Assembly (NCBI GenBank): GCA_951406725.2
Contig: OX597821.1
Location: forward strand, 84,010,001 to 84,074,000
Reading direction: 5' to 3'
Origin: Octopus vulgaris
Taxonomy: Eukaryota
DNA length: 64,000 nt
Positions 12,858 to 25,834 of the stretch are shown piece after piece (the stretch's first letter is position 1; each line of letters begins with the position of its first letter). Made by a program: the position numbers and the translations under genes. The notes below the pieces were generated by a model. The model searched no databases and was not told where the DNA came from. It worked only from the letters and a program-made list of their open reading frames with translations.

Positions 12858-14545
12858 TACACACACTCATGTATAATAGCATACATACATACGTATACGC
12901 GTGTATGTGAGAGAGTGTATTCATGCGCGCGCATGTATTGTGTATTGAGTTATGTGAAAGTGGTGTCGCTGCGGCACGAAATCGATGCCAGAAATGCGAC
13001 AAGTTCTTACTCGTGTTAACAGCAAAGTGTTTCTATTCTATGAAGTTAAATGCTTTGTTGAGGAACGAGACAAGTAATGAACGTGGAAGATGTATAGAAT
13101 AGAGAGAAATATGAGTTAATGTGATCTGCCGGGTTGCCGGATACGAAATGACAATTAGCAATGGAAGGTAGGGCACATTTGATGTTCGAAGGCAAGCAGT
13201 CATTTATGCTATTAAAATTTATAAAGACAATGAATGAGGAAGAAACAGTTAGACTGATATTTGGCAATTAATGTGAGTAGACGTCACTTACGGACGTGGG
13301 AAAAGTGATGAGGGTTGTCAGTGGGAGGTAATCTATGGCACAGGAAAACCAAAACAGATAGGGGAAGAAATGGTAAAAATGAGTAAAGTGCGAATGTTGG
13401 ACCATAGGAGGTAGGACACATGTGATAGGAGGAGGTTACATGTTCGATAATAGACTTCTTGTCCGGGTTCTAGATATCCGGAATTCTCACAAACCGGAAT
13501 TTCCAGAAATCCGGAATTTTCAGAAACCGGCATTTTCTGAAACCGGAATTTCCAGAAATCCGGGAATAATGTGCGCTACCATACAATATGATGTACCCTG
13601 TATTGAATCAACAGACCTTGTTTTTGAAGTTGATTACTTTGCATAAATTGTGTTAAAAATAGTTCCATTTACTTTTTAAATTAGATTGATAGCGATAAAA
13701 CATATTCTGCTTAAGAAATGTATTAATTTGTACCTCTATGTCTTATATAAAATCATGTTCTTTATTTTTGGTTTAATTCTCATCTTGTAAGCATTATATT
13801 GTACATGTGTTGCCGTATGATATGTTTTAAGAATGTTAAGTACATTAATAGATATGAAATAGACTCTGCTTTAGAAATGTATTAGAATCTGTTAAATACA
13901 ATTTGGTCCTTTATCTTTAGAGCATATTTTAGATTTCAAATATATATTTCAGCTTTTAGATTTTAAGTATATATATATTCTTTTATTTGTTTCAGTAATT
14001 TGACAGCGGCCATGCTGGAGCACCACCTTTAGTCGAGACAAATCGACTTATTCTCTATAAGCCTAGTACTTATTCCATCAATGTTTTTTGCCGAACCGCT
14101 AGGTTACGGGGGTAGTAAACACACCAGCATCAGTTGCCAAGCGATGTTAGGGGGACAAACATAGTGAAAGTATTAATACTAAAACTATTAAAACTGAAAG
14201 TATTATCTCACATTACAATAGAGATGTTATTGTTTCACTTTTAGCACGTAATACTGAAATAGTGTAAGAGATAAGAGATTGCTCCGAGATCGCATTACGC
14301 AAAAAGTTGAAAATCTTTTTACCCATGACACTGCATGGCCCCTAAGTTAGGCAGGTGTAAAATTTGAATGAAATCGGTTGGGTAGTTCTCGAGTTTTAGA
14401 GACGCACACATACAGACTGACTGACAGACAGACAGACATTCTCAGTTTTATACATATATGTGTGTGCGTGTGTGTTTGTGTGTCAGTGTTTGTCGCCCTA
14501 ATATATGTATTAGTTTCACTATGTATTTATATACGTTTGTGTGTA

Positions 14546-14612
<67 letters not shown>

Positions 14613-14615
<3 letters not shown>

Positions 14616-15774
14616 TTGGACAAAATAATGGGAACACCTCAAAATTTCAAACAAATTTATTTTAATATGGGGTAGGACCGCCTTTGGCAGTAATTACAGC
14701 TTGAATTCTATGAGGTATGAACTCGTACAAAGTTTGAATTGTTTCCAAAGGAATTTTTGTTCATTCTTCAGCTAAAACAGTCTCCAGTTCTTGTAGTGAT
14801 GATGGTGGAGGATATTGACTCCTTACTTGTTTTTCTAAATTGCACCATAAATGTGCAATAATATTGAGATTGGTGGGGGGGGGGGCTGAGGTGGCCAGAT
14901 AAGATGTTCACCTTCACTAGAATGTTCCTCTCACTGCTTCCCCTTTACTCGTTCACTGCTACCTTTATTACATATCAGTTGTGTGAATTTGTGTATTATC
15001 ATCCTGAAAGATTGCATTTCCCTCCGGAAACAGTTCCGCAACTATATGATGAATTTGATCAGATAAATTAATTAAATAGTCTTGACTATTAATTCTGCCA
15101 TTAAGGGAAAGCATTGGGCCAGCGGATTTCCAAGATATAGCCTTCTCAGATCATCACAGATCCTCCTCCATGTTTAACAGTTGGAAGAAGGCTTCTTTTG
15201 GGTGTCTCCACACGTATACTCGACCGGTAGTCGGAAATAAGGTAAAGGATGACTCGTCTGAGAAAACAACATTCTTCCGCTGCTATTGAGACCAATTCTG
15301 TAGGATTTTATTCCACTCTAAACCCTTTGCAGCGTTTGTTTTTTAAAGTAGTGGTTTTCGGATTGCTGCCCTTCCGTGAAATCCGGCTTTGAGCAGTTCC
15401 CGGCGAGCAGTTTTTGTGGAAACTGGGTTCTCGAGGTCGTCATTAAGCTCTGCAATAATTTTGGGAGTTGAACTTTTGTGATCCTTTCTAACAATTCGCG
15501 TAAGAGTCCGACGGTCCCAATCTGAAAGTTTGGGTTTTCTTCCGGAGTTTTGTTTCGACTACGAGGTATTTCCCTGCTTCTCAAAGGCTGTCATTACTTT
15601 CCAGAAACTACTTCTTGGTACACCTTTTTCTGATGATATCTGAAAAGAAACAGCAATTTTAGCAAAACATATTAAGCAACACTAATAATAAATCAAAGAA
15701 CATAAAAATAAACAAGCTTTTGACGGTTTTGTAGATATTACGATGCTAGGTGTTTCCATTATTTTGTCCAATCC

Positions 15775-15777
<3 letters not shown>
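14613..15777 (-). mobile_element. Decayed Tc1 transposon with TIRs, in (TA)n
   Basis: TIRs gttggacaaaataatgggaacacct / aggtgtttccattattttgtccaatccctg. Minus-strand remnants FSDESSF, IFQDDN and RIQAVITAKGGPTPY. Confidence 0.9.
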
Positions 15778-15848
<71 letters not shown>

Positions 15849-16010
15849 ACCAAAATGTGGTTTTAGAGTCAAGATTTGGCTGCTACATCTAGCATGGTGG
15901 TATCTTTTAGATGCCCTTAATTATAATTTTAATAATAATTATTACCTATGACGATTTTATTGCCATGCTAGTCACTTTATATGATCGATATTTTAAATAA
16001 CGATCTTATC

Positions 16011-16065
<55 letters not shown>

Positions 16066-16227
16066 CATAATTATGTTTACAATTATAGAATATTTGTATA
16101 ATTTTACCTAAAAAGGCTATTTTAACATACCGAGCTACTTGATAAAATTAATTATTAATTAATTAATTGATTAATAAATTAATTGATTTTACCTTTTTAT
16201 TATTATATGTATATGTATGTATGTATG

Positions 16228-16332
<105 letters not shown>

Positions 16333-16427
16333 ATGTATATGTATATATGTGTATATATATGTATGTATATGTGCATATATATGTATGTATATATATATAT
16401 GCGTATGTATATATGTGTATATATATG

Positions 16428-16980
16428 TACGAGCAAAACGCCCACCGTACAATGGACGGTGCTGAATTATATTTGCTGAATAAAAAGCAATCAGTGTTTT
16501 CTTTTAATTAAAAAATAATTAAGCATACCTATATTTCAATAAAATTTTTGGTTTTTTAAACAAAATTAAGGCAAAAAGAAAGCTTCTTGAGAAACCAAAT
16601 GGTTTTTTCTTCCTTCATGCCAAGTTTGAAGAAAATATTTCTTTTGCATCTTACATCTTTGGTCTCTTAAATATACAGCATTTTGTGGCATTATTTCAAG
16701 CCAGCCAGCTTCTTTTTTTCTAGCAAACTGCACGCGCATTTTTCTCTCGCGTACGCATAGTATCTTTCGCAACAGCCGATGTACTTGCGTGTACAAATGC
16801 ACGTTCCCACGGCTTTATCGATCGCATTCTCTCCTGGAATCGATTTTTGTAATTTTTTCAAGACTTATACACGCCCTGATACCGTCGGTATCTACATATC
16901 AAATTTGAGCGCAATCGGATGGCGGATGCTCGAGATCCTAGAAGACACACAGACAGACAGAATGGATTTTATATAATAGC
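16428..16980 (+). mobile_element. Possible non-autonomous Helitron/HINE-like element
   Basis: 5' hairpin caccgt-acaatgg-acggtg; 3' signature AAATTTGA...AATCGG...GAGA...(CAGA)n...TTTATA. A similar 3' end lies at 14350-14455. Confidence 0.4.
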
Positions 16981-16992
16981 TGTAGGTATATG

Positions 16993-17031
<39 letters not shown>

Positions 17032-17134
17032 TTATATGTATGCATTATATGTATTACAAAGAATAAGTCCAGGGGTTGATTTCTTCAACTAATATATATA
17101 CACACATATACACATATGTGTGTATATATATTTG

Positions 17135-17195
<61 letters not shown>

Positions 17196-17315
17196 GAAGT
17201 ATAAGGAATGGAAAAATTGTAGGTGTAGACGATCTTTACTTGAATTCTACCGGCAGACTTGCGTGTTTGACATCCCTTTGAAGGATTTCGGTCCTCACCT
17301 CTTATATGCATATGC

Positions 17316-17446
<131 letters not shown>

Positions 17447-17469
17447 AATCTTACTTAGAAATGGATAAC

Positions 17470-17720
17470 GCAGAGTAGATGAAACCATGGTGACTGAAGA
17501 AGGGGAATTTTCCTTGTGTTATTTGTCCTGTAATCTATTTTTTTGTTGTTTAAGAAAAATGTCCAGTTCCTTGGTTTTGTGTTTATGTTTTCGTTTCTCA
17601 TTGTGTTCGACGTTTTTTTGGGTGTCCTGTGCCCATATATGCATGTAGATATACATGTAGAATTAGGTACGTACATATATGTATGTATATATGCATATGT
17701 TTTATTTATTAATTTATACA
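17470..17720 (+). repeat. Dispersed repeat; second copy inverted at about 56590-56830
   Basis: gagtagatgaaaccatggYgactgaagaaggg...aaaaatgtccagttccttgg...catatgttttatttattaa is shared. Confidence 0.8.
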
Positions 17721-17857
17721 AAAAACACGGACGGGTCATTCGAAGCCTTTAATCTTCAGTCAAGAACCGGATCATCCTCGCAATTTCGGCTGTTCGAATG
17801 ACCCGTTCGTGTTTTTTGTATCGTCTTCTGGATGTTTTGCGTTCTTGTCCCATTTTG

Positions 17858-17904
<47 letters not shown>

Positions 17905-17964
17905 CGGCGTACATACACTTTGCTCTCTCTCTCTCTCTCTCTCTCACTATATATATATATATAT

Positions 17965-18171
17965 AGTTAATCCAAACAAGAAAGCACAGAAAAAACACAA
18001 CAACGCGAGGACGTGGAACAAATATAGTATTATTGGACGCTCAGGAAAGAAGGAAAGAAGGAGGGTGTAACGTTTCGAGCGGAGCTCTTCGTCGGAAACA
18101 TAGGAGAAGGAAAGATCCAGAGAAGGGAAGACAGGGGGAAAAAATCGCCAACGGTACACACGAGGTCACAT
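17965..18171 (-). mobile_element. ~200-bp (TA)n-flanked element with minimal HHR motif (18065-18100)
   Basis: CCGACGA-A-GAGC(UCC)GCUC-GAAACGUU; homologous to 53970-54182. Confidence 0.7.
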
Positions 18172-18464
18172 TATATATATATATATACGTAGATATATAG
18201 ACGGAAACTGAAAGAAGCCTGTCGTATGTATATATGTGTCTGTGCATGCATTTGTTTGTGTGTCTGTGCTTGTCCCCCCCCCCCAACATCGCTTGACAAC
18301 CTATGCTGGTGTGTTTACGTCCCCGTCACAAAGCGGTTCGGTAAGAGAGACCGATAGAATAAGTCCTGGGGTCGATTTGCTCTACTAAAGGCGATGCTTC
18401 AGCATGGCTGCAGCCAAATTAGTGAAACAAATAGAAAAAGGATATATATATATGTATATATATA

Positions 18465-20387
18465 TAACATAAGGGACTAAAGCCATCTGAATATGGCTAG
18501 GGACAGGGCAGGGTGGTGGGGGTGTTACTGTTGCATTTAGCCCCAGGCGAACATCGACGTCACCAGAAAGGCCCGACACCGTCACGGTGTCCTTAACCTG
18601 CAAAGGGAGGTAATTCCCCGATGAAGCGGAAACCACACACGGACCATGGTTTCAAGGTGTATTGCTTATCGTCGGCGTGTGGTAGGCTTCCGCTTCCTCG
18701 ACGAATTCTCACTCTGCAGGATATTCATATATAGATTTTCAAGCAAAATACATTTGCTGATTTCGAAAATCTGTTCGAAAGCAATAATAATTCTCTAAAA
18801 GAGATATAGACAGTAACTGCTCGATAACATAAGGGACTAAAGCCATCTGAATATGGCTAGGGACAGGGAAGGGTGGTGGGGGTGTTACTGTTGCATTTAG
18901 CCCCAGGCGAACATCGACGTCACCAGAAAGGCCCGACACCGTCACGGTGTCCTTAACCTGCAAAGGGAGGTAATTCCCCGATGAAGCGGAAACCACACAC
19001 GGACCATGGTTTCAAGGTGTATTGCCTATCGTCGGCGTGTGGTAGGCTTCCGCTTCCTCGACGAATTCTCACTCTGCAGGATATTCATATATAGATTTTC
19101 AAGCAAAATACATTTGCTGATTTCGAAAATCTGTTTGAAAGCAATAATAATTCTCTAAAAGAGATATAGACAGTAACTGCTCGATAACATAAGGGACTAA
19201 AGCGATCTGAATATGGCTAGGGACAGGGCAGGGTGGTGGGGGTGTTACTGTTGCATTTAGCCCCAGGCGAACATCGACGTCACCAGAAAGGCCCGACACC
19301 GTCACGGTGTCCTTAACCTGCAAAGGGAGGTAATTCCCCGATGAAGCGGAAACCACACACGGACCATGGTTTCAAGGTGTATTGCCTATCGTCGGCGTGT
19401 GGTAGGCTTCCGCTTCCTCGACGAATTCTCACTCTGCAGGATATTCATATATAGATTTTCAAGCAAAATACATTTGCTGATTTCGAAAATCTGTTTGAAA
19501 GCAATAATAATTCTCTAAAAGAGATATAGACAGTAACTGCTCGATAACATAAGGGACTAAAGCCATCTGAATATGGCTAGGGACAGGGCAGGGTGGTGGG
19601 GGTGTTACTGTTGCATTTAGCCCCAGGCGAACATCGACGTCACCAGAAAGGCCCGACACCGTCACGGTGTCCTTAACCTGCAAAGGGAGGTAATTCCCCG
19701 ATGAAGCGGAAACCACACACGGACCATGGTTTCAAGGTGTATTGCCTATCGTCGGCGTGTGGTAGGCTTCCGCTTCCTCGACGAATTCTCACTCTGCAGG
19801 ATATTCATATATAGATTTTCAAGCAAAATACATTTGCTGATTTCGAAAATCTGTTTGAAAGCAATAATAATTCTCTAAAGAGATATAGACAGTAACTGCT
19901 CGATAACATAAAGGGACTACTGTTGCAAGCCAGGCGAACTGAATATGGCTAGGGACAGCGGCAGGGTGGTGCCTATCGGGGTGTTACTGTCACTGCATTT
20001 AGCCCCAGGCGAACATCGACGTCACCAGAAAGGCCCGACACCGTCACGGTGTCCTTAACCTGCAAAGGGAGGTAATTCCCCGATGAAGCGGAAACCACAC
20101 ACGGACCATGGTTTCAAGGTGTATTGCCTATCGTCGGCAATATAGACCTTGAAACCATGGTCCGTGTGTGGTTTCCGCTTCATCGGGGAATTACCTCTTT
20201 GCAGGTTAAGGACACCGTGACGGTGTCGGGCCTTTCTGGTGACGTCGATGTTCGCCGGGGCTAAATGCAACAGTAACACCCCCACTACCCCTTCCCTGTC
20301 CCTAGCCATATTCAGATGGCTTTAGTCCCTTATGTTATCGAGCAGTCGAGCGTTACTGTCTATATCTCTTTTAGAGAATTATTATTG

Positions 20388-20389
<2 letters not shown>
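18465..20389 (-). mobile_element. Retrozyme/PLE-pLTR-like array: about 4.6 tandem 360-bp monomers plus an inverted partial copy, flanked by (TA)n
   Basis: Exact 360-bp period (taacataagggactaa at 18465, 18825, 19185, 19545); one HHR per monomer; inversion at about 20138. Confidence 0.85.
18996..19041 (-). ncRNA. Type I hammerhead ribozyme in the 360-bp monomer (also 18636-18681, 19356-19401, 19716-19761, partial about 20097-20138)
   Basis: CACACG-CCGACGA-U-AGG(CAAUACA)CCU-U-GAAAC-CAUG-GUC^CGUGUG: 6-bp helix I, U4C core variant, palindromic helix III ACCAUGGU, GUC triplet. Confidence 0.8.
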
Positions 20390-20454
<65 letters not shown>

Positions 20455-20570
20455 GAGGGCATTATTATACATACATACCACACGCTAAGAGGGACAATTA
20501 GTCATTTCTACCAAAAAATTTTACTAATCCCACCGAATGCAATTTTTCAAAGTATGACATTTAAAAATAT

Positions 20571-20619
20571 AGACTTGTATCACCTGTGATTTCATACCTC
20601 TGTATTCATCAGCAAGCCT
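20571..20619 (-). ncRNA. Mirror copy of the canonical hammerhead
   Basis: Exact reverse complement of 20675-20723. Confidence 0.9.
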
Positions 20620-20674
20620 CAACGTATCATAAATAAACGACCCTGAGGTAGGGTCGTTTATTTATGATACGTTC

Positions 20675-20723
20675 AGGCTTGCTGATGAATACAGAGGTAT
20701 GAAATCACAGGTGATACAAGTCT
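20675..20723 (+). ncRNA. Canonical type I hammerhead ribozyme
   Basis: AGGCUUG-CUGAUGA-AUAC(AGAG)GUAU-GAAA-UCA(CAGG)UGA-UA^CAAGUCU. All core nucleotides and three helices are present; predicted cleavage after 20716. Confidence 0.9.
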
Positions 20724-20966
20724 ATATTTTTAAATGTCATACTTTGAAAAATTGCATTCGGTGGGATTAGTAAAATTTTTGGTAGAAATGACTAATTGTC
20801 CCTCTTAGCGTGTGGCATGTATGTATAATAATGCACTCTATATATAAATTAATATGTTCAATGAGAAAGAATTATTTTCGAAATTTTTTCTCTTATGAGG
20901 TCTTTCACGCTATCTACCTGATAATTTCTTGTTAAGTTTTCCTTATTAAGAAGTTGTCCTTAATTG

Positions 20967-21569
<603 letters not shown>

Positions 21570-22599
21570 GACGGGCTTCTTTCAGTTTCCGTCAACCAAA
21601 TCCACTCACAAGGCTTTGGTCGGCCTGACGCTATATTAGAAGATATCTGCCCAAGGTGCCACGCAGTGGGACTGAATCCGGAACCAAGTGGTTTGTAAGC
21701 AAGCTACTTACCACACAGCTATTCCTGCGCCTATCTCCAGAAAACTGGAAAACCCCTAAATCTGGGCCAGATCCGGTCCCAAGCTTGCTGGATATTTGAT
21801 CTGGTATCATATTTAGCAGTTAATATATAAATTTGTATTCTTTTGGCCTAACATTCGTCAACTCATGAAACTAAGATGAAATACGTTGGTATATTAGACA
21901 TTAGTGGAAGAAAACAGTCTACACAGTCAAGGTGGAGATCGGATTATAGGAGTAAGTGAAGGATTATTAGATATACAATTTGATTCATTTAGGGAGGGAG
22001 GGTTCGTATCGGGCCAGTAACCAATCAAAATCGTTATCGCTAACTTCGCGCGCCGAAGTGTACGTTATGCTAATAGCGTTCAAGGACGTCTATGCCGCAT
22101 GACACAACCCAGGCAGTTCTAAACAGTTGCTGCACCTTAATTTACAAATATATACACAACAGAGTACAACTCACTTCTGTGGTGAATCATTCACTTCACA
22201 CATACACACATTGCTCATATTCTTCATAAATAAAACCATAAAAACAGCATTTGCGGTTGGCTAGCAAATTTTCATCTATCAACAATCACGATTATAGCTT
22301 TGAAAAATTTCAAGATATAATTTTAACATTTTACATAAATTTGAATCCACGAACTTCTAAGCCTGGTTATTTTTGTAGATATTCTTCGAAGATGTGACTT
22401 AAACCTTTCACACGATTAGTTTAAATTTAAGACGGAAAATTTGCAGTTACTTATCTTTTATTTGTTTCGGTCATTGGACTGAGGTTATGCTGGGGACACC
22501 ACCTTAAAGGGTTTTAGTAAAACAAATCGCCGCTAGAACTTATCTTTTAAGCTTAGGGTTTATTCTGTCGGCCGAAGGTTGTCAAGCGGTGTGGCACTC

Positions 22600-22674
<75 letters not shown>

Positions 22675-22711
22675 TATAGATATACACGACGGGCCTTTTT
22701 TTAGTTTCCAA

Positions 22712-23341
22712 TTTCTTTGCTGCCCACAAGTGGCTACACGCAGAGAGGACAAACAAGGACAGACAAACGGATTAAGTCGATTATATCGACCCCAGTGCGT
22801 AACTGGTACTTATTTAATCGAGATCGAAAGGGTGAAAGACAAAGTCGACCTCGGCGGAATTTGAACTCAGAACGTAGCGGCAGACGAAATACCGCTAGGC
22901 ATTTCGCCCGGCGTGCTAACGTTTCTTATTTCTTTATTGCCCACAAGGGACTACACACAGAGGGGACAAACAAGGACAGATAAACAGATTAAGCCGATTA
23001 CATCGATCCCAGTGCGTAACTGGTACTTAATTTATCGACCCCGAAAGGATGAAAGGCAAAGTCGACCTCGGCGGAATTTGAACTCAGAACGTAGCGGCAG
23101 ACGAAATACCTATTTCTTTACTACCCACAAGGGGCTAAACACAGAGAGGACAAACAAGGACAGACAACCGGATTAAGTCGATTACATCGACCCCAGTGCG
23201 TAACTGGTACTTACTTAATCGACCCCGAAAGGATGAAAAGCAAAGTCGACCTCGGCGGAATTTGAACTCAGAACGTAACGGCAAACGAAATACCGCTAAA
23301 CATTTCGCCCGGCGTGCTAACGTATCTGCCAGCTCGCCGCC
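22712..23341 (-). mobile_element. SINE family B tandem trimer inserted in a diverged family A copy
   Basis: Three units containing GAGTTCAAATTCCGCCGAGGTCGACTTTGCCTTTCATCCTTTCGGGGTCGATAA; only the outermost has the full GGCGGCGAGCTGGCAGA head. Confidence 0.9.
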
Positions 23342-24271
23342 TTCTTTTAGTTTCCGTCTTTCAGATCTACTCAGAAGGCTGTGGTGGACCTAAGACTACA
23401 GTAGGAGACACTTGTCCAAGGTATCATGCGGTGGAACTGAACCCGGAACTGTAGGATTTGGAAACAAACTTCTTCCAAACCTTGTGTTAAGTTATTATAT
23501 TACTTCCATCTTATTTAGCTGATGAGTCAAACAAAGTAATCGAGATATAAACATTTGGCGATCCTATTTTGATGATTAAAATGTAGCTATTTCACTTTTC
23601 ATAAATATTCACGATTCTAAAGTACATTTAAGTATTCCAACGTGGGAAATATTTTTTTAGGGCGAACAATACTTAATCATAATTTGCTCTGTGTGTGTGT
23701 TTTTTTTTTTACCTTCTAAATTTACAGTATTTCATAGCCTGAAAGATCCACCTGCGTATTAGACGTTCCCCCAATTTCAGCGGCGGATTTTTCAGGGGTA
23801 CACAACTTTGTATATAAGATCAATGGTGATTTTTTGAAACACTTTTTTTAAAAGAAAAGATGCGTTTTATATGCTATCAAACAGGGTATTTCTCTTAACG
23901 ATTATTTTAAAGAATGTTAATAGTAAATGGAAAAAAAAAGCTTGTTTAAGCTAAATAATAGTCTTTGTTGTAAACAAGAATGCATTTCTTTTCTTAAGAT
24001 ATGACATATGTGTAGGACGAATCGGAATGGTGACTCGAAAAATGTGGGGGTAGGGCGTGGATGGGGTATGATACAGAAAAATGTAAGAAAGATTGGCATA
24101 AACTGATGTCTCTGACATAGAGAAAAGAAAGACATTATTACTACCCTCAATCAATATGAACCGCTCCTCTGTTGATAGATTTTATTTACTTCAAGCAATT
24201 TTCTGTATTTACAAAATGTGCGTCAGACAAAACTAAGGGAGCGAGCCAATGACTCGTTTTTGGTTGTTGGG

Positions 24272-24356
24272 TGATGATGATGATGACGATGATGATGATG
24301 ATGACGATGACGATGACGATGAGGATGATGATGACGATGACGATGATGACGATGAC

Positions 24357-24388
<32 letters not shown>

Positions 24389-24585
24389 GGAGGAGGAGGA
24401 GGAGGAGGAGGAGGAGGAGGAGGAAGAGGACAACGACGATGCTAATGAGGATGATGATGGTGATGACGACGGTGATAACGGCGACGATGATGCTGACGGT
24501 GATGATGACGGTGATGACAACGACGATGATGATGATGATGATGAGAAGGAGGGGAGGAGAAGGTGGAGGAAGAGAAAGAGGAAAT
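24272..24585. repeat. (GAT/GAC/GAG)n compound trinucleotide repeat
   Basis: Read directly. Confidence 0.95.
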
Positions 24586-24996
24586 TCAGAATAAAACCAA
24601 TAACTTCTTAGTCTCAATGTGGTCGCTCGTCATGCTTGAAGTAGCAGCCAAATCTCTCCTTCAAATCACATTCTTAACATTGTATTGAGCAAAAACAAAA
24701 ACAAAAAAGTGTAAAGGAGGGATTACACAACGTAATCCAATCAGAGAAAAACTACGACTAAATTAAAGATGGGACAGTTACGGTCGGATTATCTTTGATT
24801 ATAGATCCGATTGATGAACAACACCATCCACGACGACCACCACCACTACTACTATCACCACCACCACAACCACCACCACCACCACCAAGTTGACGTCGTC
24901 GACGACAACCTCTACCACCACCACGTTGACGACGACGGCACAACGACGACGACCATCACTACCACCGCCACCACCACCATCATCACCATCACCACC

Positions 24997-25028
<32 letters not shown>

Positions 25029-25720
25029 CAACAACAACACCATTACCACCACGTTGACAACAACAACGATGACAACCATATTGATTTCATTACTATTTTT
25101 CATTTTTCCTTCTTATTTTATAGTTCCTTCTCTAAGATCATCGAATATCTTTCGGAGATCGATAAACATTTGATGGAGACACTTCTGATTGTTGTGCCAT
25201 CAACTGCATCGATTAGGGGATGTCAGCAATGGTATTTACAAAGGGAGTGGGGGGGGCCTTACCATTTCGTGTGCAATCTATGGTTTGAGTATTGAGTATA
25301 GCTGTGTGTGTTGTGTATATTCCTTTACTTGTTTCAGTTATTAGACTCCGACCATGCTGGGGCACCGCATTCAAGAACTTTTAGTATTCCTTTTCACTTT
25401 TTAAACCCTAGTACATATTCTATTGCCTTCTTTTGCCGAACCGCTAGTGTACAGGAACGCGAATAAACCAGCACCGGTTGTAAAGCGGTGGTTGTGCGGC
25501 AAACACGCGCGCACGCATATATACATGACGGGCTTCTTTCCGTTTCCGTCTACTCCCGGATCAGCGATGAGTGATTCAGTGACAAAGGAGGCTACATACA
25601 TTATCAAGAAAACCAGCTTGACTATCTATCCTCAGCAGATCCCATCACTTCTTTTTTGTGAAATTTTTCGGTAATGTTAACGGTAATTGATAAATCTTAG
25701 TGCGGTGCACGACCAGAAGA

Positions 25721-25822
<102 letters not shown>

Positions 25823-25834
25823 AAGAATTATAAA

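Larger units (their letters stand above)
20451..20845. repeat. ~395-bp near-perfect palindrome next to (TA)n
   Basis: Centre aaacgaccct-gaggt-agggtcgttt at about 20647; the arms match with only a few differences. Confidence 0.95.

Noticed and set aside
18739-18996. 85-aa ORF repeated in each 360-bp monomer
   Set aside because: Non-ATG start and no recognisable domain; it repeats only because the unit does, and it ends in a stop codon.
19905-20000. Apparently diverged fifth monomer with short insertions
   Set aside because: The inserted bits are pieces of the same unit, which looks like consensus or polishing noise near the palindrome; not interpreted biologically.
18465-20138. CRISPR-like array
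   Set aside because: Units are identical along their whole length with no unique spacers, there are no cas genes, and the context is eukaryotic.
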